64,000 bases of DNA, taken from assembly GCA_017483185.1 (NCBI GenBank), contig JAFULM010000011.1:9240-73239 (forward strand), read 5' to 3'. Position 1 is the stretch's first letter. Each line of letters begins with the position of its first letter. Positions 9,054 through 19,859 of the stretch are shown one piece after another. This DNA comes from Prevotella sp. (GTDB lineage Bacteria > Bacteroidota > Bacteroidia > Bacteroidales > Bacteroidaceae). A model generated the notes under the pieces. That model was not told the DNA's origin and did not search any database. It was given only the letters and a program-made list of their open reading frames with translations. The position numbers and the translations under genes were made by a program.

Positions 9054-9701
9054 TTACTTTATGCCTTTCAGACCGAGCAGTTTCTCGTCGTCGGGATTAA
9101 TCTTGTCAATGACATATTTACCAATACTGCAAATCTGCATCTCGTCCAGAGCTTCAACCATATTGCTATAGTTGGCTGTATCCAAAGGTTTGATAATGAT
9201 GGTCAGAGTCGGTATCTTCTCACCATTGACATTACCTTTCTTCAGTTCTTCGAGTTCCTTGTTGTAGACTTCGTCTGACATAGTGGAGCCGATGGCACCC
9301 TTCTTCTCGTCCAACTTCTGCTTGGCGACCATGATGCGTGCGACAGGAGCGATGCCTTCTTCCGTTGTGTGCTGCTGAAGCACTTTGCGGATTCCGTCCT
9401 TGCCCCATGTTGTCTCTTTGATGCACTCAGGATTTTCATATTCGGGAAGTCCCGGGATATAATAAATCTTGTCGTTGCTGGCCAGATAGATGGTGATCGT
9501 GTGGGATGCTTTCGTAACGGACTTGTCCTCTTTTTCGAGGTTCTTGTCGTTGCTCGGCATGGTCAACTGCATCGCACTCGGCTTGCTCAGGGTGGTACAG
9601 AGCATGAAGAACGTGATAAGAAGCATCATCATGTCCACCATCGGCGTAAAGTCGACTCGGGTCTGCTTTTTATTCTGCTTACTTCCTTTTTTCTTTGCCA
9701 T
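9054..9701 (-). CDS. exbD: Biopolymer transporter ExbD
   Basis: VDFTPMVDMMMLLITFFML motif. Confidence 0.92.
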   Translation of the reverse strand: MAKKKGSKQNKKQTRVDFTPMVDMMMLLITFFMLCTTLSKPSAMQLTMPSNDKNLEKEDKSVTKASHTITIYLASNDKIYYIPGLPEYENPECIKETTWGKDGIRKVLQQHTTEEGIAPVARIMVAKQKLDEKKGAIGSTMSDEVYNKELEELKKGNVNGEKIPTLTIIIKPLDTANYSNMVEALDEMQICSIGKYVIDKINPDDEKLLGLKGIK

Positions 9702-9704
9702 GTA

Positions 9705-10316
9705 TTATTCCTCCCCGGTTTTAAGGTTAGTGATAAGCTGGTAGCGGTTCTCGTTCATGTCCTGCAATTCTGACATCACGGTCTTCACAACCTTGTACGG
9801 TGTCTTGGCGTCGCACTTGATTGCGAGTTTCATGTCAGGGTTTGCGTCCTTTGCGGCCGTAACCCACTCTTGGAACTGACTCATTCCTCCGTCAATGCTG
9901 TCGGTAGGAACGCCTTGTGTCTGGATGAACTCTGACATCTGCTCTGCTTCCAGGTTCAAATAGTCAGGGAATTTGTTGATTGACATACCGATGGCACTGT
10001 TTTCCATGAACTTCTTCAGCTGTGACTTGTTCAGTGAGATACCGAACTTGTCCGCCATTGTTTGCAACATGGCCGCTGCGTCGTTCTTGTTGTCCGTACC
10101 AAGGAATATCTTTCCGGAAGGATCGATGAGGATGTTGAGCACATCCTTTTCGGGTACCTTCTTGTCTGACACCGAGCTTGGCGTGTTGACCTGTACCGGT
10201 TCTGGCTGCAAGAATGTTGATGTCAACATAAAGAAGCACAGAAGCAGCGTCATCACGTCAGACATAGGGGTCATGTCTATCCAGATGTCCTTCTTTTCTA
10301 TTTTTATTTTACCCAT
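9705..10316 (-). CDS. exbD: Biopolymer transporter ExbD
   Basis: IDMTPMSDVMTLLLCFFMLT motif. Confidence 0.92.
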   Translation of the reverse strand: MGKIKIEKKDIWIDMTPMSDVMTLLLCFFMLTSTFLQPEPVQVNTPSSVSDKKVPEKDVLNILIDPSGKIFLGTDNKNDAAAMLQTMADKFGISLNKSQLKKFMENSAIGMSINKFPDYLNLEAEQMSEFIQTQGVPTDSIDGGMSQFQEWVTAAKDANPDMKLAIKCDAKTPYKVVKTVMSELQDMNENRYQLITNLKTGEE

Positions 10317-10345
10317 TATTATAGACTAATTAAAAGGTAAAACAA

Positions 10346-11185
10346 TTAAGCCTCTTCTGTGTGGTTAACGTCGTAAGTTGTTGCTATTGTATAACCAACC
10401 TCGTCGAGTGCGTATGTGAGTTTATCAATGCGGTTTGTGAGGAAGTTGTAAGAAACAACGGCTACCCATGATGTCAAAATACCGGAAGCGGTGTTCACAA
10501 GGGCCTCAGAAATACCGGCAGACAGGGCTGCAGAGTCAGCACCACCACTTGAAGACAGAGCGGAGAACGAGCTGATCATACCCAACACAGTTCCGAACAG
10601 AGCGGTAAGAGTACCCAGAGTTACGATGGTTGCGATGATCGGGAGGTTCATCTGCAGAGTGGGCATCTCCAGCTGAGTTGCTTCCTCGTGAGCCTGCTGG
10701 ATCTTGGCGATCTTCTGGGCCTTCTTCATTGTGGTGTTGTTCTCAGCCTCCTTGTATGCGTTGATGGAAGCCTTAACCACGTTGGCTACAGAACCCTTCA
10801 TCTTGTCGCAGAGAGCAGAAGCCTCGTCGAACTTGCCGGCCTTGATGAGAGCCTTGATTTCTGTTGTGAACTTGCCGAGGGGCATGGTTCCGAAAGATAC
10901 TCTCTGAGCGAGGATACGCTCGACGGTCAGTGTGATTACGGAGAGCAACAGTGTGAGGATAAGACCTACGACGATACCTCCCTTATACACGATACCCATC
11001 ATGTCGCCGGGCAGCGGGTGGCCGGTGTTGTCACCTCCGACGAAGTGGCTGGGATCACCGAGTACAAAGAAATAGAATGCGTATGCGATAGCGCAGCATA
11101 CGGCGAGGATCCAGATTGCGTTCTTAACTCCTACTGTGCCCGTTGATTTCTTGGCTGGGGCTGCAGCCTTTTTTGTTGTTGCCAT
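10346..11185 (-). CDS. exbB: MotA/TolQ/ExbB proton channel protein
   Basis: LFGTVLGMISSF and GISEALVNTASGI channel motifs. Confidence 0.92.
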   Translation of the reverse strand: MATTKKAAAPAKKSTGTVGVKNAIWILAVCCAIAYAFYFFVLGDPSHFVGGDNTGHPLPGDMMGIVYKGGIVVGLILTLLLSVITLTVERILAQRVSFGTMPLGKFTTEIKALIKAGKFDEASALCDKMKGSVANVVKASINAYKEAENNTTMKKAQKIAKIQQAHEEATQLEMPTLQMNLPIIATIVTLGTLTALFGTVLGMISSFSALSSSGGADSAALSAGISEALVNTASGILTSWVAVVSYNFLTNRIDKLTYALDEVGYTIATTYDVNHTEEA

Positions 11186-11405
11186 AATTTGTTTTTTTTA
11201 ATTTTTAGTTATTTATAAATTTAAGTTGTTTTGTCTTGCGATATGGTTGACCGTGGGAGCGGCCGTTTGATGTTTTTCTGCCAAGTTCTAACGGCAAAGG
11301 TAACAAAATAAAGCGGACGAGACAGTAGATTAATAACTTTTAACTAAGTATTCTCTAAAATTTGTCCGCGCCATTGTTCCGTTGCTGTCACCCGGTGGTT
11401 CCGAC

Positions 11406-12599
11406 TTACTTCAATCTGGCCAGAGCGTCCTTGATGCGTTTCATGGCTTCGATGATGTTTTCGTCGCTTGTGGCGTAGCTCATGCGGAAGCACTCAGGGT
11501 CTCCGAAAGCGTCGCCTCCGACGGTGGCCACGTGGCCTTTCTCGAGCAGATACATGGCCAGGTCGGTCGAGTTGGCGATGGTCGTCGTGCCGTCTGTCTT
11601 GCCGTAGAAACTGCTGCATTTGGGGAAGAGGTAGAAGGCGCCTTCCGGTCGGTTGACTTCCAGTCCGGGGATGTCTTTGGCGAGGCTGACGATGAGGTCG
11701 CGGCGGCGTTCAAAGGCCCGGCGCATCTCTTCGACGCACTCCTGGCTCGCGTTGTATGCGAACTCGGCGGCCTTCTGGCTGACGGAGCACGGGCCGCTGG
11801 TGTATTGTCCTTGCAGTTTGTTGCATCCCTTGACGATCCACTCCGGTGCGGCGATGTATCCGATGCGCCATCCTGTCATGGCGTATGCCTTGGAGACTCC
11901 GTTGACGATGATGGCCCGCTCCTTCATTCCGGGGAACTGGGCTATGCTCTCGTGGTGTCCCACATAATTGATATGTTCGTATATCTCGTCGGCCAGGACG
12001 AATAGATCGTCGTGGCGCTTGATGACTTCGGCGAGTGCGGCCAGCTCGTCTTTCGAATAGACGCTGCCGGTCGGGTTGCTTGGAGAGCAGAGGATGAGCA
12101 TACGTGTCTTCGGGGTGATGGCGTCCTCGAGCTGTTGGGGTGTCATCTTGAAGTCCTGCTCAAATCCGGCCTCGACGATGACGGGTGTGCCTCCGGCCAG
12201 TTTGACCATCTGCGGGTAGGACACCCAGTAGGGGGCGGGGATGATGACTTCATCGCCGTCGTTGACGAGTGCCATCAGGGTGTTGCAGACGCTCTGCTTG
12301 GCTCCGTTGGACACAAGAATCTCTGAGGTAGTGTAGTCGAGATTGTTCTCGCGCTTGAGTTTTGCTACGATGGCTTCGCGCAAGTCGGCGTATCCCGGAA
12401 CGGGAGAGTAGCGTGAGAAGTTGTCGTCTACGGCCTTCTTTGCGGCTGCTTTTATGTGGTCGGGGGTGTTGAAGTCCGGTTCGCCGACGCTCATGTTGAT
12501 GACGTCGATGCCCTGTGCTTTCATTTCCGAACTCTTTTGTGACATAGCCAGTGTGGCTGAAGGTGCAAGCCTTTGCAAGCGGTCTGATAGTTGTGCCAT
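11406..12599 (-). CDS. aspC: PLP-dependent class I/II aminotransferase (aspartate aminotransferase type)
   Basis: SVGEPDF, CSPSNPTG, ADEIYEHI, NGVSKAYAMTGWRIGY. Confidence 0.9.
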   Translation of the reverse strand: MAQLSDRLQRLAPSATLAMSQKSSEMKAQGIDVINMSVGEPDFNTPDHIKAAAKKAVDDNFSRYSPVPGYADLREAIVAKLKRENNLDYTTSEILVSNGAKQSVCNTLMALVNDGDEVIIPAPYWVSYPQMVKLAGGTPVIVEAGFEQDFKMTPQQLEDAITPKTRMLILCSPSNPTGSVYSKDELAALAEVIKRHDDLFVLADEIYEHINYVGHHESIAQFPGMKERAIIVNGVSKAYAMTGWRIGYIAAPEWIVKGCNKLQGQYTSGPCSVSQKAAEFAYNASQECVEEMRRAFERRRDLIVSLAKDIPGLEVNRPEGAFYLFPKCSSFYGKTDGTTTIANSTDLAMYLLEKGHVATVGGDAFGDPECFRMSYATSDENIIEAMKRIKDALARLK

Positions 12600-12874
12600 A
12601 TTTATATTATTGTATTATAGTAACTGCAAAATTAAGTATTTTATTTCGTTCGGGAGCAGAATTATTGTTTTTTTTTCGTGAAATCGGGGTTGTGATTGAC
12701 AAAATGGATTGTGTCTTTTTGCGGGAGGGCGCAAGTGCGAGGGGTAAGACCGATTGGACGAGGCTCGTTTTGTGGATGGTGACGGTCGCAAAGACATGAG
12801 GAAATTGGTACGATTGACGGTGCCGTGACGTGCGGTGCCGGCTTGCTCGCGAGTGGAAGGCGTTTTGTTGAAAA

Positions 12875-13400
12875 TATTCTGAATTTAAGGCCGTTTTTTA
12901 GGGCCACTTTTCAAATTTTTTTCCGCCTTGGGCCCAAATTTTCAAATCTCGCGAAGGTCAAAATCGGGGCTGTTTTTTGCGAAAAAAATCAAAGTTTTTG
13001 CAACCCGCTGACGCGCAATCACTTACAAACAGGCGGTCTCCTCGGATTCCCCCGGAGGGGGTGCGTGGGCTTCCCGTAAGGGCCCCGCGGGGTTGCAACG
13101 GGGCCGCTATTGCATTGCAACGGGGCGCTTGTTGCAACATGACGGCGTGCTCGTTGCGATGCAATAAGGGCCTTATTGCTCGGCGAAACCCGCTTTTTGA
13201 CCTCTTTTGGGCAATCAAAAACTCGCGAACTTTTTCAAAATTCAAAAGCCGTAAGGCCCTTAAAGCCTCTCCCGGCCTCCCTCAAGGGGAGGAGTCTGCT
13301 GCTTCCCAACCTTCTTCTTGATGCTTTAAGGGCCTTATTGGTCATGAAAAGACATATCTTTGAGCTATTTTCCGAACACGATTTTGTAAACAAATATTAC
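12875..13400 (+). repeat. Dispersed ~520-bp element with phased 17-bp palindromes, copy 2
   Basis: Palindromes start at 13074, 13096, 13118, 13140, 13162, 13249, 13324; same spacing as copy 1. Confidence 0.85.
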
Positions 13401-13436
13401 GTAACAAGTGGGGTCGGACCTTACTCGTGTTTTATA

Positions 13437-13510
13437 AAACGCAAAGACCGCAAAGACACAAAGAATTTAATATGAAGAGAATTCTTTGCGTCTTTGCGGT
13501 CTTTGCGTTT
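13437..13510. repeat. Inverted repeat built from (C)GCAAAGA tandem units
   Basis: aaacgcaaagaccgcaaagacacaaagaatt ... aattctttgcgtctttgcggtctttgcgttt. Confidence 0.8.
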
Positions 13511-13611
13511 CCGTATTTTCACGTTTTTATCCGCAAAATGCGGATGTTGGTTTAAAGTACTCCCCGTCACCCTCTCAGCTCCTCCCCTTCGGGGAGGTCG
13601 GGTGGGGCTTC

Positions 13612-14820
13612 TTAAAGATGGAGCGTGTGGCCCATGCGGTTCTTCTTTGTCTGAAGGTACCGGTAGTCAAACTCGTTCGGTTGGATTTCGATGGGCACAT
13701 TTTCCACGATTTCGATGCCGTAGGCCTCGAGGCCGACACGCTTGACGGGGTTGTTGGTCATCAGACGCATCTTGTGGATGCCGAGGTGCATGAGCATCTG
13801 CGCACCGCATCCGTAGTCGCGCTCGTCGGGCTTGAATCCGAGGTGGACGTTGGCGTCGACCGTGTCGTAACCCTGCTCCTGGAGCTTGTAGGCTGCTATC
13901 TTGTTCATCAGTCCGATGCCGCGGCCTTCCTGCTGCATGTAGATGATGACTCCCTTGCCCTCCCGCTCGATCATTTCCATCGCCTTGTGCAGCTGTTCGC
14001 CGCAGTCGCAGCGCATGCTGCCGAGGATGTCGCCCGTGGCGCAGGAGGAGTGGACGCGGACGAGCACCGGCTCGTCTTCCCGCCATGTGCCTTTGATCAG
14101 TGCCATGTGCTCCAGCCCGTTGCTCTTCTGGCGGAACGGGATGAGCCGGAAGTGGCCGTATCTGGTCGGCATGTCCACCTGGTCGCCGACCTCGATGAGC
14201 GACTCTTTCTTCAGCCGGTAGGCGATCATGTCGCGTATGGAGATGATTCTGATGCCGTATTTCTCCGCCATGACGGTCAGTTCGGGCAGACGTGCCATCG
14301 TCCCGTCGTCATTCATGATCTCCATCAGGGCGGCGGCAGGGTAGAGGCCGGCCATGCGGCAGAGATCTACGCCGGCCTCGGTGTGTCCGCTGCGGCGCAG
14401 CACTCCGTTGTCTTGAGCGTAGAGCGGATTGATGTGGCCCGGACGTCCGAATGTCTGGGGCGTGGAGGCGGGGTCGGCCAGTGCGCGTATGGTGGCGGCG
14501 CGGTCGGCGGCCGACACGCCGGTGGTGCATCCCTCGAGCTTGTCGATGGTGACGGTGAACGGTGTCCCGAGCATCGACGTGTTGTCTTCGACTTGATGCG
14601 GCAGGTCCAGTTCGGCGCAACGGGACAGCGTGATGGGAGCGCAAAGCACTCCGCGGGCGTGCTTGAGCATGAAGTTGACTTTCTCGGGCGTTATCTTTTC
14701 GGCTGCGATTATCAGATCGCCTTCGTTCTCGCGGTCCTCGTCGTCCACCACAATCACGAATTTGCCTTCCTTGAAGTCGGCAATGGCCTCTTCTATTGTG
14801 CTTATCTGGGTCTTTGACAT
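13612..14820 (-). CDS. ribBA: Bifunctional 3,4-dihydroxy-2-butanone-4-phosphate synthase / GTP cyclohydrolase II
   Basis: [51 protein letters not shown]. Confidence 0.96.
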   Translation of the reverse strand: MSKTQISTIEEAIADFKEGKFVIVVDDEDRENEGDLIIAAEKITPEKVNFMLKHARGVLCAPITLSRCAELDLPHQVEDNTSMLGTPFTVTIDKLEGCTTGVSAADRAATIRALADPASTPQTFGRPGHINPLYAQDNGVLRRSGHTEAGVDLCRMAGLYPAAALMEIMNDDGTMARLPELTVMAEKYGIRIISIRDMIAYRLKKESLIEVGDQVDMPTRYGHFRLIPFRQKSNGLEHMALIKGTWREDEPVLVRVHSSCATGDILGSMRCDCGEQLHKAMEMIEREGKGVIIYMQQEGRGIGLMNKIAAYKLQEQGYDTVDANVHLGFKPDERDYGCGAQMLMHLGIHKMRLMTNNPVKRVGLEAYGIEIVENVPIEIQPNEFDYRYLQTKKNRMGHTLHL

Positions 14821-14871
14821 AATATATAATTGGTTTTGTTCTTTTGCTTCTTTTGTGGAGGGTAAAGGTCT

Positions 14872-14913
14872 TTGAGGACTTTAAGGTCTTTAAGGACCTT
14901 AAAGTCCTTAAAG
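14872..14913. repeat. Degenerate 9-bp tandem repeat (TTAAGGWCY)
   Basis: taaaggtct ttgaggact ttaaggtct ttaaggacc ttaaag. Confidence 0.6.
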
Positions 14914-14920
14914 CTATTCT

Positions 14921-14997
14921 CACTCCTCACTCCACACTCCACACTCCACACTCCTCACTCTTCACTCCTCACTCCACACTCCTCACTCCACACTCCT
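14921..14997. repeat. 7-bp tandem repeat CACTCCW, 11 units
   Basis: cactcct cactcca cactcca...; overlaps the stop codon of the LptF/G gene. Confidence 0.9.
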
Positions 14998-16887
14998 CGA
15001 CCGTATTCTCTCGACGATTGCCCCGTTTGTCTTGATGATGGTCTTCAGGTCGCGCATGAGACGAAGCCTGAAGCGGCACATGCGCAGGTAGAAGAAGATG
15101 CCGGCGGGCAAGAACAGGCCGGTGATGACGTTGAGCCACCGCCTGCGGAACGGCCGTGTGTGAGCGTGGGTGGCCAGGACGGGATAGTTGTTGAGCTCGT
15201 TCATCACAACAATGTCTTTCGTGTTGGACAGGTCCTCGATGATGGCTTCGAGCTCGTTGTTGATTTCCCTTATGCGTCTGTCGTCGCCATTGCGGAAGAA
15301 CACCTTTATCGGGTTGGGGGCACGCAGGAGGTTGTGCCTTTGCGAATATTCCTCCACCTCGCGGCTGATGCGCTCCAGTTTTTCGGCGTCTCCGGCATAG
15401 TCGGGGTCGGTGATGATGACTTCCTTCTGATAGAGATGGCGCTTGGTGCGCAATCCGAGCATGCTGCTTATTATATTAATGTATAGGTCGACGTTGAAGA
15501 CAACGGAGTCGTTGTTTGCCTTATAAGTGAAAAATATGGCGACGGGTGTGAGCACACAGGTCGAAATCCATTTGCCGAACCAGACGGTCCAGTTGCCGTC
15601 GCGCGCCATTCTCATTCCGGAGTTCTCGAAGATATAATAGATGATGAACACCAGCACGGAGATGATGACCGGAACGCCAAGTCCGCCCTTGCGGATGATG
15701 GCTCCGAGCGGAGCGCCGATGAAGAAGAATATCAGACACGACAACGAGAGTGTGACCTTGTTGATGGCTTCGATCCTGTGGGTGCGCTCGTTGCGGTTGA
15801 GACTTTGCGTGTAGCTGCCTTTCATCTCCAGCTCCGACGTACACATGCGTATCGTGCTCATCGCCTCTTTCACGGCGGCCAGACGCTCGCTGTTGGAGAG
15901 ACGTGCGTAGACGGAGTCGATATCCGAAGACCCGGCGGTGAGCTCGGCGGAAAGTGTCGTGGAGTCTTTTCGGGAGACTTGTGGCAGATAGAACGTTGTC
16001 TTCTTGGCTTCATTATAGTAGGCGTGGCCCACGCTGTCGTTGAATTCGCGGATGGAGTCGATGTCGTGGATGATGCGCCCCATGCTCTTCGACTGCGCGC
16101 TGGATGATATGCCCGCGACGTCGGCCATGTTGAAACCGCCGTCGAAGTCGAGCACAATCTTCTTTGTCGAGAATGTCTCGCGGCGATATGGCACACTGGC
16201 GCTGCCGGCCATGTCCTGCGACTGCATGTTCTCAAACCATTCGCCGCTGTACAGGGTCATGAGCAGGTGCTTCTTTTCGGCCGTCGACTGCAGACGTCCC
16301 GAGTCGGCCAGAATGATTGCGGCATCTTCATAGCCGCCGTTCATCCTGTATATTATCACGCCATACAGCATGCCGGTCTCGAGCTCTTTGTGGTGGACAT
16401 AGAGATTGGTGTTGGGTATGCCGTCGTAGAAGATGCCTTCGGGGATTTCCAGTTCGGGGCTCTTCTGCTTCATGGAAAGAAGCAGCTGGCGGAATGACTT
16501 GTTAGCCTCCGGCCCGACGACGTTCTGGAAGTAAAATGATAATCCGCTTATCATCACAACCACGATGATAAGCGGGCGGAAAGCCTGCATGAGCGATATG
16601 CCTGCGGCCTTGATGGCTGTCAGCTCGGAACTCTCTCCCATGTTTCCGAACGAGATGAGCGAGGAGAGAAGGATGGCAAGCGGCAGGGCTTGCGGTATGA
16701 GCATGAGGCCCATGTACCAGAAGAATTGTGCAAGTATTTCGATGGACAGGCCCTTGCCGATCAGTTCGTCCACGTAGCGCCACAGAAACTGCATCATCAG
16801 CACAAACTGGCAGATGAAGAATGTTCCGATAAACAGCAGTCCGAACTGTTTGAGTATGAATATGTCTAACTTCTTAATGCGAAACAT
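14983..16887 (-). CDS. LptF/LptG family LPS export permease
   Basis: Start reassigned to MFRIKKLDIFILKQF; ALPLAILLSSLISFGNMGESSELTAIKAAGIS and FFIGAPLGAIIRKGG motifs. Confidence 0.9.
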   Translation of the reverse strand: MFRIKKLDIFILKQFGLLFIGTFFICQFVLMMQFLWRYVDELIGKGLSIEILAQFFWYMGLMLIPQALPLAILLSSLISFGNMGESSELTAIKAAGISLMQAFRPLIIVVVMISGLSFYFQNVVGPEANKSFRQLLLSMKQKSPELEIPEGIFYDGIPNTNLYVHHKELETGMLYGVIIYRMNGGYEDAAIILADSGRLQSTAEKKHLLMTLYSGEWFENMQSQDMAGSASVPYRRETFSTKKIVLDFDGGFNMADVAGISSSAQSKSMGRIIHDIDSIREFNDSVGHAYYNEAKKTTFYLPQVSRKDSTTLSAELTAGSSDIDSVYARLSNSERLAAVKEAMSTIRMCTSELEMKGSYTQSLNRNERTHRIEAINKVTLSLSCLIFFFIGAPLGAIIRKGGLGVPVIISVLVFIIYYIFENSGMRMARDGNWTVWFGKWISTCVLTPVAIFFTYKANNDSVVFNVDLYINIISSMLGLRTKRHLYQKEVIITDPDYAGDAEKLERISREVEEYSQRHNLLRAPNPIKVFFRNGDDRRIREINNELEAIIEDLSNTKDIVVMNELNNYPVLATHAHTRPFRRRWLNVITGLFLPAGIFFYLRMCRFRLRLMRDLKTIIKTNGAIVERIRSRSVE

Positions 16888-17044
16888 TAATGTCCTTTTT
16901 GCGCCGAGGCGCCTATTGCACTGCAAAATTAGCACAAAAAAGTCAGAGCGCCGCATTTTTTGCGTTTTTTCATATCTGACGCTCTGAATTGCAGCCCCGA
17001 AACCCACCCGAAACCCACCCCAAGACCCTAACCCTAAGACCCAC

Positions 17045-17138
17045 CCCAACCCTCCCAAAGGGAGGGAGCTTGATTACTCTTTGAGTGACGACATGGACTC
17101 AAATACATATTAAGCTACCTCCCTTTGGGAGGGTTGGG
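17045..17138. repeat. Paired REP-like inverted repeat
   Basis: cccaaccctcccaaagggagggagctt / aagctacctccctttgggagggttggg. Confidence 0.75.
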
Positions 17139-17277
17139 TTTTAGGATTTGTTGTGGTGGACTGTTGGGGTTGTTATGGTGGATTTTAGTATTATTTTCAC
17201 TGTCGTGCGCAAATAATTGCGATAAAATTTTGTCGTTTCAAAACTTTGTGCTACCTTTGCACCCGCAAATAAGCAAT

Positions 17278-17351
17278 GGCGGGATAGCTCAGCTGGTTAG
17301 AGCGTCGGATTCATAATCCGGAGGTCGTGGGTTCGGGTCCCACCCCCGCTA
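17278..17351 (+). tRNA. tRNA with CAT anticodon (elongator Met; Ile2 not excluded)
   Basis: GGCGGGA-TA-GCTCAGCTGGTTAGAGC-G-TCGGA-TTCATAA-TCCGG-AGGTC-GTGGG-TTCGGGT-CCCAC-CCCCGCT-A cloverleaf; TACCTTTG promoter at 17252. Confidence 0.93.
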
Positions 17352-17355
17352 CATC

Positions 17356-17398
17356 AAAAAGAGAGGGAGTTACGAATTTCGTAACTCCCTCTCTTTTT
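17356..17398 (+). terminator. Intrinsic terminator after the tRNA
   Basis: aaaaagagagggagttacgaa-tttcgtaactccctctcttttt. Confidence 0.85.
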
Positions 17399-17432
17399 CC
17401 TTTGGGCGATAACATATATAATATATGTACGG

Positions 17433-17501
17433 AGTAAGGGTGTGGGTCAAAATGCATAGAAAGCGATGTGCTTCCCATGCATTTTGACCCACACCCTTAC
17501 T
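17433..17501. repeat. REP-like long hairpin
   Basis: agtaagggtgtgggtcaaaatgcat ... atgcattttgacccacacccttact; resembles the gggtgcatcaaaa hairpin near 5550. Confidence 0.7.
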
Positions 17502-17561
17502 TTAATCATTCTGATACGTTACTACATCTGCTTTGCATCAGATGTGCGTACTCATGGCCCG

Positions 17562-18410
17562 TTATTTCACGAGCACAACGAGATATTTGCTTGTGCTCCA
17601 GAATTGCTGGGGATTGGTGATGCGCAGGACATACTGCTTGTTGGCGTTGCGCTCGAGGGTGTAGCTGCCGGCCGGATGGGCGGTGAGCATCTTTGCCGAA
17701 CGTGAGTAGAGCTTGATCTCCTTGTCCACGCGGATGTCTATCTTGGTGAAGTAGTCGCGGTTGAAGTTGGAGCTGAGCACCTTGCCGTCGACATAAATCT
17801 TCTGCTCCTTAAGCTCGTCCTTTGTGCCGAAGACAAACCATGCTGTATTGAGCTGCTTGTCCTGGGTGTTGATGGTGGCGGTCTTTTGGGTGGTCTCTTC
17901 TTTGAGTGCCGACACGTTGGTGTTGAGTCCGGCTATCTGCTCGTCCAGCTCGGTGATGTGGATATCCTTCGCATCCAGTTCCTCGCGGAGCTTCTGGAGC
18001 TGTTTGTCTTTCTCCTCAAGTTGTGCGGTCATGTTCTCGATGGCCCGCTTGAGCTGGTCTCCGTTGAATGTGCTTTCGCGGAGCTGGCGCTGCAGCTTGG
18101 CGATGAGCTCGCGGTTTTGGTTCATCGTGGAACGGATGAACTGGATGTTTTCGCGGATACGCTCCGTGCGGGATGAACCCTCTCCTTGCTTGGCAATGCT
18201 CACACGGTGTTCGGCCTCGTTGATTTCGCGGAAGCCCTCCTCTATCTCATTGAATGTTGCCAGCATGTCGTTGATTTCGTTATCACGCTGTTCGATGACC
18301 TGATTGAGCGAGTCGCGCTGCATGACGGCAGCAACGTCGATTTTTGGTTTTTCCTGTTTGCATGATGCAATAGCCATAAGAGCTACGGCTATGAATAATA
18401 GTTTTTTCAT
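17562..18410 (-). CDS. Coiled-coil lipoprotein of unknown function
   Basis: Lipobox IASC, long heptad region, C-terminal FWSTSKYLVVLVK; stop/start overlap with rsmI. Confidence 0.8.
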   Translation of the reverse strand: MKKLLFIAVALMAIASCKQEKPKIDVAAVMQRDSLNQVIEQRDNEINDMLATFNEIEEGFREINEAEHRVSIAKQGEGSSRTERIRENIQFIRSTMNQNRELIAKLQRQLRESTFNGDQLKRAIENMTAQLEEKDKQLQKLREELDAKDIHITELDEQIAGLNTNVSALKEETTQKTATINTQDKQLNTAWFVFGTKDELKEQKIYVDGKVLSSNFNRDYFTKIDIRVDKEIKLYSRSAKMLTAHPAGSYTLERNANKQYVLRITNPQQFWSTSKYLVVLVK

Positions 18411-19159
18411 AATTCTTCGTTTTTATTGGTTTCTCTCTCTCGTTTTCTATTGCGTCCCTTGGGGGCTTCTTCTTCGGCGATGTCCTTTGGATCGGCTCCG
18501 GCGACGATGATGACGATTTCGCCACGCGGCTCGGTCTCAGTGAAATGGTCGGCGACTTCGGTCAGTGTGCCGCGCACGCTCTCCTCATGGACCTTGGATA
18601 TCTCACGGCAGACGCTGGCCTGACGGTCGCCTCCGAAGACCTCGGCCAACTGACGGAGAGTCTTGACGAGGCGATAGGGGGATTCGTAGAATATCATCGT
18701 GCGCTGTTCGCGGCTCAATGACTCAAGGCGCGTCCGACGGCCTTTCTTCTGGGGAAGGAATCCCTCGAAGCAGAAACGGTCGCAGGGCAGGCCGCTGGAG
18801 ACAAGGGCGGGGACAAATGCGGTCGCTCCGGGGAGACACTGGACTTCCACTCCGGCGCGGACGGCCTCGCGAACGAGGTAGAATCCGGGGTCACTGATGC
18901 CGGGGGTGCCGGCGTCGCTGATGAGGGCGACGGTCTGGCCGGACTGCAAGCGGCTGACAACGGAAGCGGACGTGCCATGCTCATTGAACTTGTGGTGGGA
19001 CAGCAGGTGATTCCGTATGTCGTAGTGCTTGAGGAGAACAGCCGACGTGCGGGTGTCCTCCGCCAACACGAGGTCTGCCTCGCGCAGGATGCGGATGGCG
19101 CGGAAGGTGATGTCCTCCATATTGCCCACAGGCGTGGGTACTATATATAATATGCCCAT
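18407..19159 (-). CDS. rsmI: 16S rRNA (cytidine1402-2'-O)-methyltransferase
   Basis: [50 protein letters not shown]. Confidence 0.95.
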   Translation of the reverse strand: MGILYIVPTPVGNMEDITFRAIRILREADLVLAEDTRTSAVLLKHYDIRNHLLSHHKFNEHGTSASVVSRLQSGQTVALISDAGTPGISDPGFYLVREAVRAGVEVQCLPGATAFVPALVSSGLPCDRFCFEGFLPQKKGRRTRLESLSREQRTMIFYESPYRLVKTLRQLAEVFGGDRQASVCREISKVHEESVRGTLTEVADHFTETEPRGEIVIIVAGADPKDIAEEEAPKGRNRKRERETNKNEEL

Positions 19160-19253
19160 ATTGCCGACAAATGTAAGTAATTATTTGCTATCGGCAAAAA
19201 AAGGCCGGCCTTTCTTTGCAATTTTTAAAACGTATTTGTACTTTTGCAATCAA

Positions 19254-19850
19254 ATGACAGGCAATTTGACAGGGGAGGCACACCGCCCCGGACGTATAGA
19301 AGTGGTGTGCGGATCGATGTTCTCCGGCAAGACGGAAGAGCTGATCAGGCGTATGAGACGTGCGGAATTTGCACGTCAGAAAGTGGAAATATTCAAGCCG
19401 GCGATGGATACCCGCTATTCGGAAGAGAATGTGGTCAGCCACGACCGTCACTCGATAAAGTCGACACCGGTGACATCAGCGTCGCAGATACTGAAACTGT
19501 CGGCCGACATCGACGTGGTCGGCATTGATGAAGCGCAGTTTTTTGACAACGGGATTGTCAGTGTCTGCAACAAGCTGGCCAACCGCGGCGTCCGCGTGAT
19601 TGTCGCCGGGCTGGACATGGACTACAAGGGCGTGCCGTTCGGACCGATACCTGCCCTCTGTGCCATCGCTGACGAGGTGGCCAAGGTTCACGCAATATGC
19701 GTCAAGTGCGGTGCGCTGGCTTACGTGAGCCACCGCATCGTGGACAGCGACCGACGGGTCTTGCTCGGTGAGACTGGAGAATATGAACCGCTTTGCCGGG
19801 ACTGTTATCAAAAAGCAATAAAAGAAAACTGTCAAGGAGTAAAGGAATAA
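19254..19850 (+). CDS. tdk: Thymidine kinase
   Basis: [12 protein letters not shown]-loop, [20 protein letters not shown] and YEPLCRDC zinc ligands; start reassigned to ATG 19254. Confidence 0.95.
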   Translation: MTGNLTGEAHRPGRIEVVCGSMFSGKTEELIRRMRRAEFARQKVEIFKPAMDTRYSEENVVSHDRHSIKSTPVTSASQILKLSADIDVVGIDEAQFFDNGIVSVCNKLANRGVRVIVAGLDMDYKGVPFGPIPALCAIADEVAKVHAICVKCGALAYVSHRIVDSDRRVLLGETGEYEPLCRDCYQKAIKENCQGVKE

Positions 19851-19859
19851 CAACACAAT

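Noticed and set aside
14821-14920. FMN riboswitch ahead of ribBA
   Set aside because: The short intergenic region is filled by 9-bp and 7-bp tandem repeats; no RFN consensus seen
16888-17058. N-terminal extension of the LptF/G ORF in the track
   Set aside because: It runs through REP-like repeats and a promoter-like element; the family-typical start is at 16887
19029-19253. N-terminal extension of tdk
   Set aside because: Overlaps rsmI on the opposite strand and the divergent promoters; ATG 19254 fits better
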